Assembly: GCA_951406725.2 (NCBI GenBank)
Contig: OX597814.1
Coordinates: 49,228,001 to 49,292,000 of the forward strand
Direction: 5' to 3'
DNA length: 64,000 bases
Origin: Octopus vulgaris
Taxonomy: Eukaryota
The notes beneath the pieces are model-generated. The model was not told where the DNA came from. It saw only the letters and a list, made by a program, of their open reading frames with translations, and ran no database searches. A program made the position numbers and the translations under genes. Shown piece after piece: positions 61,901-64,000 of this stretch (its first letter is position 1; each line of letters begins with the position of its first letter).

Positions 61901-63331
61901 ATCTGTTGTTTCAACTGGATGTAGTAACTGTTGTAGGACAGGATGTGATTTAAGAGACATTTATCTGCTATTTCTAGTTAGCTATGTGATAGCTTAGTGG
62001 CACTCTCATTTAGTAGTTGTTTTTGCTAGCCCTTATCAGGTCTCCTTGAGTATGTAAATGGATTCAGTGCTGGCTAACAAACCAAGACATTCAAACTGAG
62101 CTGAAGTAATAAATGTCTAACCATGACCATCTTTATTATAATCATTCTATTTGAAAATTTAAGTCTTAAAACATGTGGTCCGAGTTTTAATGATGATAGA
62201 ACATTTGTTAGAGATATTTAACTGTTACATTGAGTTAATAGAGAAAGTTGCTCTACTCATTTGCAAACATTTGGAGCCATCTACTTCAAAGATTAGGTGA
62301 AATTTTCATATGAATAAAGTTGTGGATACATATCTTCCTCCTTTAAGTATATTCATTTTATAATGTATTATCACATTACTAGTAACTGAAATTTGTGTTA
62401 GGTAGTTAAGTTCTTTGGGATTAGATACAGAGAAATTGGCTTTTTATGTAATGCTACATAAATTCTAAACATCAATTTTATTCCAGATTTCTATGCTCAA
62501 TAATTATTTATGCTTATATAATTTTTTTACACAATAATTATTGCATTAGAAATAACTAATTTGATTCTCTTAAACTTCCAGCACTTCAGGATTCAAAAGG
62601 TAATTTTATTCTAAATGGAGATTATACTATAAAAGAATATCATCACCGGTTTCGAGTAAAAGGTGGAAGTGTAGAATACAGTGGATCTATTAGTCCTGTT
62701 GAACAAATTAACTCTTCAAGTATCATTGAAGAACAGCTGACTGTGTTGGTAAGTGTTATTGTAATCTGATTTTTTTTTTCTTTTACCTTAATTTTAGCTG
62801 AACATTATATTTCAACAAACTGTTGCTATTTCATTTTGGAGTTAAAATAATACTAACATTTATTTGGGAAGTACATTTTTGTTCTTTTTACTATGTCCCA
62901 TATCCATGGAATTGAAACAATGTGAAACTGTGAGTTTTGACTTTACTAAGAACGTTAATAGTGTAGGTGAAATGTGCTGGCTTACTTCTTGCTCTATTTG
63001 TATTCTAATACCTGATGTACTTAGACATTTACTGTTAAGATATGTAATCTCTTATCCCTTGTTTAATAACAAATTGCATCTATGGACTTTGACTTTACCT
63101 TCAGAACCAAAATATACTTGTGCCTAAAAAATCGCTAATTAACATATATTTATTTAGTCAATTACCTATATTTACACTTATTTTGCTTGCTTTTCTACTT
63201 CTAGGTTTTATCTGTGGGGTCAGTCGAGCCTCCTAATATTTTTTACTCCTATAGTATATCAACTGGTGAAAATGTAAGGTACTCTTGGAATGCTGATGGA
63301 CCTTGGACTGACTGTGATAAAATATGCCAGG
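23752..63331 (+). CDS. ADAMTS-family secreted metalloprotease (ADAMTS9/20/GON-1-like), partial spliced gene, 17 exons in window
   Basis: Manually spliced exons join in frame with GT-AG boundaries. They give prodomain, RHKR furin site, reprolysin domain with HELGHLFNLPHD and Met-turn HIMSPTL, disintegrin-like, TSR1, Cys-rich, spacer and TSR2 start. Subfamily call rests on recalled motif similarity (HELGHVFNMPHD type); exact ortholog not established. Confidence 0.96.
24642..25021. mobile_element. Possible old piggyBac-type MITE
   Basis: TTAA|CCCT ... AGGG|TTAA; inner TIR decayed. Confidence 0.4.
25667..25749. repeat. Perfect 40-bp tandem duplication
   Basis: tctttatgtaatacatctagagtaagcaatcttaataaaa x2. 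Confidence 0.95.
26430..27030 (+). mobile_element. SINE with family A head and RTE-like tail, interrupted by a family B SINE
   Basis: Head 26430-26564; tail 26812-27030 similar to 46740-46925. Confidence 0.75.
26565..26795 (-). mobile_element. SINE family B, young copy nested in another SINE
   Basis: 16-bp TSD TTCTGTAGACATAACC at 26549-26564 and 26796-26811. Confidence 0.92.
27225..27626 (-). mobile_element. SINE family A
   Basis: Reverse complement of 7507-7912. Confidence 0.9.
27693..27962 (+). mobile_element. SINE family A, 5'-truncated
   Basis: Matches the 3' two-thirds of 7507-7912. Confidence 0.82.
29765..29970 (+). repeat. Old interspersed repeat family C
   Basis: caacttgctagaa...ttgatc.taggtct...ggagct.aacaac shared with about 23090-23262 (+), 33820-33930 (+), 2330-2520 (-) and 2740-2950 (-). 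Confidence 0.6.
30559..31206. mobile_element. Non-autonomous hAT-type DNA transposon
   Basis: TIRs CAGTGGCAGCTCGT / ACGAGCCGCCACTG; 8-bp TSD ATTCAGTT / ATTCTGTT (7 of 8). Confidence 0.85.
32712..32925 (-). mobile_element. SINE family B with TSD
   Basis: atgtatggtaatatt on both sides. Confidence 0.9.
33300..33711 (-). mobile_element. SINE family A, young copy
   Basis: Near-identical reverse complement of 7507-7912. Confidence 0.92.
34925..35545 (+). mobile_element. HERO-like (RLE-encoding) non-LTR retrotransposon 3' end
   Basis: Broken frame [60 protein letters not shown], typical of restriction-like endonuclease C-termini, plus 3' UTR. Confidence 0.85.
37061..37521. mobile_element. MITE-like element with ~120-bp diverged inverted arms
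   Basis: aattctgctttatgcacggcatataac... is the reverse complement of ...gttatatgctgtgtgtaaagcagaatt; superfamily not determined. Confidence 0.65.
38712..39272. mobile_element. Tc2/pogo-type MITE
   Basis: TA|CCGTATTTGACGGCATATTAGACGCAC ... GTGCGTCCTATATGCCATCAAATACGG|TA; subterminal GCATATTAGACGCA repeats; CpG-rich interior. Confidence 0.9.
40290..40423 (+). mobile_element. SINE family B, 5'-truncated, with TSD
   Basis: tattctaaagcatt on both sides; abuts an older minus-strand copy at about 40130-40275. Confidence 0.85.
40644..40849 (+). CDS. ADAMTS exon, furin site and start of catalytic domain
   Basis: tttcag|GT...ATG|gtaaga; ...[42 protein letters not shown]. Confidence 0.95.
41320..41403 (+). 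CDS. ADAMTS exon, catalytic domain
   Basis: tttcag|GTC...GAG|gtaagt; [28 protein letters not shown]. Confidence 0.95.
42085..42755 (+). mobile_element. Old degraded RTE LINE 3' fragment
   Basis: Similar to the reverse complement of 9698-10265, with many stops. Confidence 0.7.
43369..43490 (+). CDS. ADAMTS exon, catalytic domain
   Basis: ttttag|GAA...AG|gtatgt; [41 protein letters not shown]. Confidence 0.95.
44535..45340 (+). mobile_element. RTE (BovB-like) LINE 3' fragment
   Basis: [34 protein letters not shown], terminal CSHC..H...H zinc finger; frameshifts and stops. Confidence 0.88.
46552..46930 (+). mobile_element. SINE with family A head and RTE-like (GAT)n tail
   Basis: tRNA-like head; aggaagggcatccag...gtggacattaaaac(tat)gacgatg tail shared with the RTE 3' end. 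Confidence 0.75.
47107..47147 (+). CDS. ADAMTS 41-nt exon, catalytic domain
   Basis: ttttag|G...G|gtaagt; [14 protein letters not shown]; phases 2 and 1 fit both neighbours. Confidence 0.93.
47257..47455 (-). mobile_element. About 200-bp hammerhead-bearing retro-insertion with 13-bp TSD
   Basis: TTACTTAAATATA at 47244-47256 and 47456-47468; hammerhead-like motif inside. Confidence 0.7.
47393..47443 (-). ncRNA. Minimal hammerhead-like motif (G3:C8 core variant, position 9 is T)
   Basis: Minus strand: TTTGTCA-GTGAACT-G-GTTGC-ggtctcaaa-GTGAC-GAAA-ATAT-TT-TGACAAA. Confidence 0.62.
47848..48809 (-). mobile_element. RTE LINE, 5'-truncated (RT C-terminus plus 3' UTR)
   Basis: [11 protein letters not shown]...[13 protein letters not shown] followed by the family UTR and (GAT)n tail. 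Confidence 0.93.
49085..49320 (-). mobile_element. SINE family B
   Basis: Family similarity. Confidence 0.8.
49373..49912 (+). mobile_element. RTE LINE 3' end, older subfamily
   Basis: [30 protein letters not shown], (GAT)n tail. Confidence 0.88.
50022..50385 (+). mobile_element. Second HERO-like 3' end
   Basis: [31 protein letters not shown] and the same 3' UTR as 35350-35545. Confidence 0.85.
51055..51160 (+). CDS. ADAMTS exon, zinc-binding HELGH
   Basis: atgtag|GT...TT|gtaagt; [35 protein letters not shown]. Confidence 0.97.
51538..51750. repeat. Compound (TA)n/(TG)n/(CA)n microsatellite
   Basis: Read directly; similar tracts at about 4706-4753, 8086-8182, 8858-8898, 10767-10865 and 11112-11235. 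Confidence 0.95.
52382..52546 (+). CDS. ADAMTS exon, third zinc His and Met-turn
   Basis: ccccag|A...GA|gtatgt; [54 protein letters not shown]. Confidence 0.96.
53491..53653 (+). CDS. ADAMTS exon, end of catalytic / start of disintegrin-like domain
   Basis: tttcag|T...AGT|gtgagt; [12 protein letters not shown]...[28 protein letters not shown]; donor at 53654 chosen by phase. Confidence 0.93.
54109..54207 (+). CDS. ADAMTS exon, disintegrin-like domain
   Basis: cattag|TTT...AAG|gtaatt; [33 protein letters not shown]. Confidence 0.95.
54409..54551 (+). CDS. ADAMTS exon, thrombospondin type-1 repeat 1
   Basis: ctacag|TGG...AT|gtaagt; WCQNGACV...[32 protein letters not shown]. Confidence 0.96.
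55681..55744 (+). CDS. ADAMTS exon, end of TSR1
   Basis: ttgcag|A...AAG|gtgaaa; [21 protein letters not shown]. Confidence 0.95.
55900..56310 (-). mobile_element. Gypsy-type LTR retrotransposon integrase core fragment
   Basis: Minus strand [53 protein letters not shown] matches the D,D(35)E rve pattern; stop codon and frameshift. Confidence 0.82.
56435..56549 (+). CDS. ADAMTS exon, cysteine-rich domain
   Basis: aattag|AAA...A|gtaagt; [38 protein letters not shown]. Confidence 0.95.
56586..57078 (+). mobile_element. RTE LINE 3' UTR, young copy
   Basis: CpG-rich reverse complement of the 19776 and 58870 copies; ends gttaaacgatgatgat. Confidence 0.9.
57516..58250. repeat. About 195-bp direct repeats flanking an exon
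   Basis: 57516-57711 and 58054-58250, roughly 90% identical by eye. Confidence 0.92.
57768..57904 (+). CDS. ADAMTS exon, cysteine-rich domain
   Basis: ttgcag|TC...CAG|gtaaac; [45 protein letters not shown]. Confidence 0.96.
58870..59518 (-). mobile_element. RTE LINE 3' end with internal partial duplication
   Basis: (CAT)n tail and family UTR; 59431-59518 repeats the 59200-59290 segment. Confidence 0.9.
59719..59836 (+). CDS. ADAMTS exon, end of Cys-rich / start of spacer
   Basis: tttcag|AGA...G|gtaagt; [40 protein letters not shown]. Confidence 0.96.
60336..60396. repeat. 30-bp tandem duplication
   Basis: atatctgttgctaattaacatatcataaat x2. Confidence 0.9.
60987..61620 (+). mobile_element. 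Helitron-like non-autonomous element, 5' part
   Basis: A|TCTATTATATAAAA followed by (TCTG)n/(TG)n, a typical animal Helitron 5' end; 3' CTAG and hairpin not found, end uncertain. Confidence 0.5.
61739..61831 (+). CDS. ADAMTS exon, spacer domain
   Basis: atatag|GC...G|gtatgt; [30 protein letters not shown]. Confidence 0.95.
62582..62748 (+). CDS. ADAMTS exon, spacer domain
   Basis: ttccag|CA...TTG|gtaagt; [56 protein letters not shown]. Confidence 0.95.
63205..63331 (+). CDS. ADAMTS exon, end of spacer / start of TSR2
   Basis: ttctag|GTT...G|gtgaga; [43 protein letters not shown]. Confidence 0.95.
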
Positions 63332-63471
63332 GTGAGATATATGTTTATTAGTTCATTCTATTGTGCTGATAATTAAAGTCTAATTCAACAACTTCTATAT
63401 TATTTATTAATTGTATACTACATATGTTGATATTGTAATGTTAGGATCTGCACATTTTGAAAAGGGAACAG

Positions 63472-63505
<34 letters not shown>

Positions 63506-63870
63506 TTAACGTCCGTTTTCCATACTGGATGAGGTTGGACAGCTTGACAAGCTGGCAAGCCAAAGGACTGTGCCAAGCTCCACTGTCTATTTTGGCATGG
63601 TTTTTATGTCCAAATGCCCTTCCTAATGCCAACCACTTTACAGTTAAACTGGGTGCTTTTTGCATGACACCAGCACCAGCAAGGTCTGTATTGGCATGGT
63701 TCTTACAGCTGGAGGCCCTTCCTAATGCCAACCACTTTACAAAGTAGACTGGATGCTTTTCACGTAGCACAAGCACTGGCAAGGTTTGTCTGGGTATAGT
63801 TTTTACGGCTGGATGTCCTTCCTAATGTGAACCACTTCTCAGAGTGGGCTGGGTGCGTTTTGCATGGCTG
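63472..63870 (-). mobile_element. RTE-related 3' UTR with three tandem ~85-bp subunits
   Basis: (CAT)n tail, then three copies of ...ccttcctaatgccaaccactt... Confidence 0.8.
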
Positions 63871-64000
63871 TTAGTTCCTGTAAAATGATATTCAGGATGT
63901 TGACTGATTAGTAGGATGTATATTGCCTTGTTCTTTCATCAGCAGACTTCGGTTTGTCTACAACTTTGATTGAACTGCATTCATCATGATATTTTTGTTT

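Noticed and set aside
1-64000. CRISPR array or prokaryotic operon-type system
   Set aside because: No regularly spaced repeat-spacer units; the sequence is eukaryotic with spliceosomal introns

Overview
AT-rich, microsatellite- and retroelement-dense animal genomic DNA. The SINE/RTE families resemble those I recall from octopus genomes, so the species is inferred, not shown. The + strand carries a spliced ADAMTS metalloprotease gene (ADAMTS9/20/GON-1-like). I traced 17 GT-AG exons between 23752 and 63331, all in consistent phase: prodomain, furin site RHKR, zinc motif HELGHLFNLPHD, disintegrin-like domain, TSR1, Cys-rich domain, spacer and the start of TSR2. The first exons were not found and the 3' end runs past the window. 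Most ORF-track entries are repeat or microsatellite artefacts. The non-coding DNA holds tRNA-derived SINEs, RTE LINE fragments, HERO-like RLE retrotransposon ends, a Gypsy integrase fragment, a DD37D Tc1/mariner relic, pogo/hAT/piggyBac-type MITEs and a Helitron-like end. The most notable signal is a set of short Penelope-like insertions, mostly in (TA)n tracts, with long fold-back palindromes and/or hammerhead ribozyme motifs. Those cores show three different Watson-Crick versions of the 3:8 tertiary pair (C:G, U:A, G:C).
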